From Octopus bimaculoides (taxonomy: Eukaryota): a stretch of DNA of 64,000 bases. The notes under the pieces were generated by a model. It was given only the letters and a program-made list of their open reading frames with translations, ran no database searches and was not told the DNA's origin. The translations under genes were made by a program, and so were the position numbers. The stretch is taken from NCBI RefSeq assembly GCF_001194135.2, contig NC_068983.1, forward strand, positions 43,471,089 to 43,535,088, in the 5' to 3' direction. Below are positions 63,879-64,000 of this stretch, piece by piece; the stretch's first letter is position 1, and every line of letters begins with the position of its first letter.

Positions 63879-64000
63879 ATTTTAAAAGAACTTTTTTATA
63901 TAAGTTCTTTACTGATAATGGTTTTTTACATACCGAACTACTTGGTAAAAATTATTAATTATTAATGAATTAATAATCCTTTACCCTATATCTGTAATTT

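Overview
This is AT-rich, repeat-dense animal DNA with several N gaps. The SINE, MITE and microsatellite content suggests an octopus or other coleoid cephalopod (inference). Two spliced genes were reconstructed by hand from GT-AG boundaries and frame continuity, and they are arranged head-to-head. NME7 (nucleoside diphosphate kinase 7) is on the minus strand at ~2.1-14.5 kb. Seven firm coding exons were found plus a candidate first exon; one expected exon is missing, probably in the 9459-10073 gap. BLZF1/golgin-45 is on the plus strand, with six coding exons from 28317 to 40236 (380 codons); its terminal exon was not found. The rest is introns and intergenic DNA filled with tRNA-type SINEs, TTAA-flanked piggyBac-type MITEs, a mariner relic, a CR1/L2 3' fragment, foldback elements and microsatellites. 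The four most notable observations are: (1) an inverted intronic copy of a BLZF1 coding exon (121/129 identical) that could fold the exon into dsRNA; (2) foldback elements with type I hammerhead ribozyme motifs; (3) loss of the catalytic His and the KPD Lys in NME7 domain A; (4) the NME7/BLZF1 divergent pair, which matches the human arrangement. No prokaryotic features or CRISPR arrays were seen.
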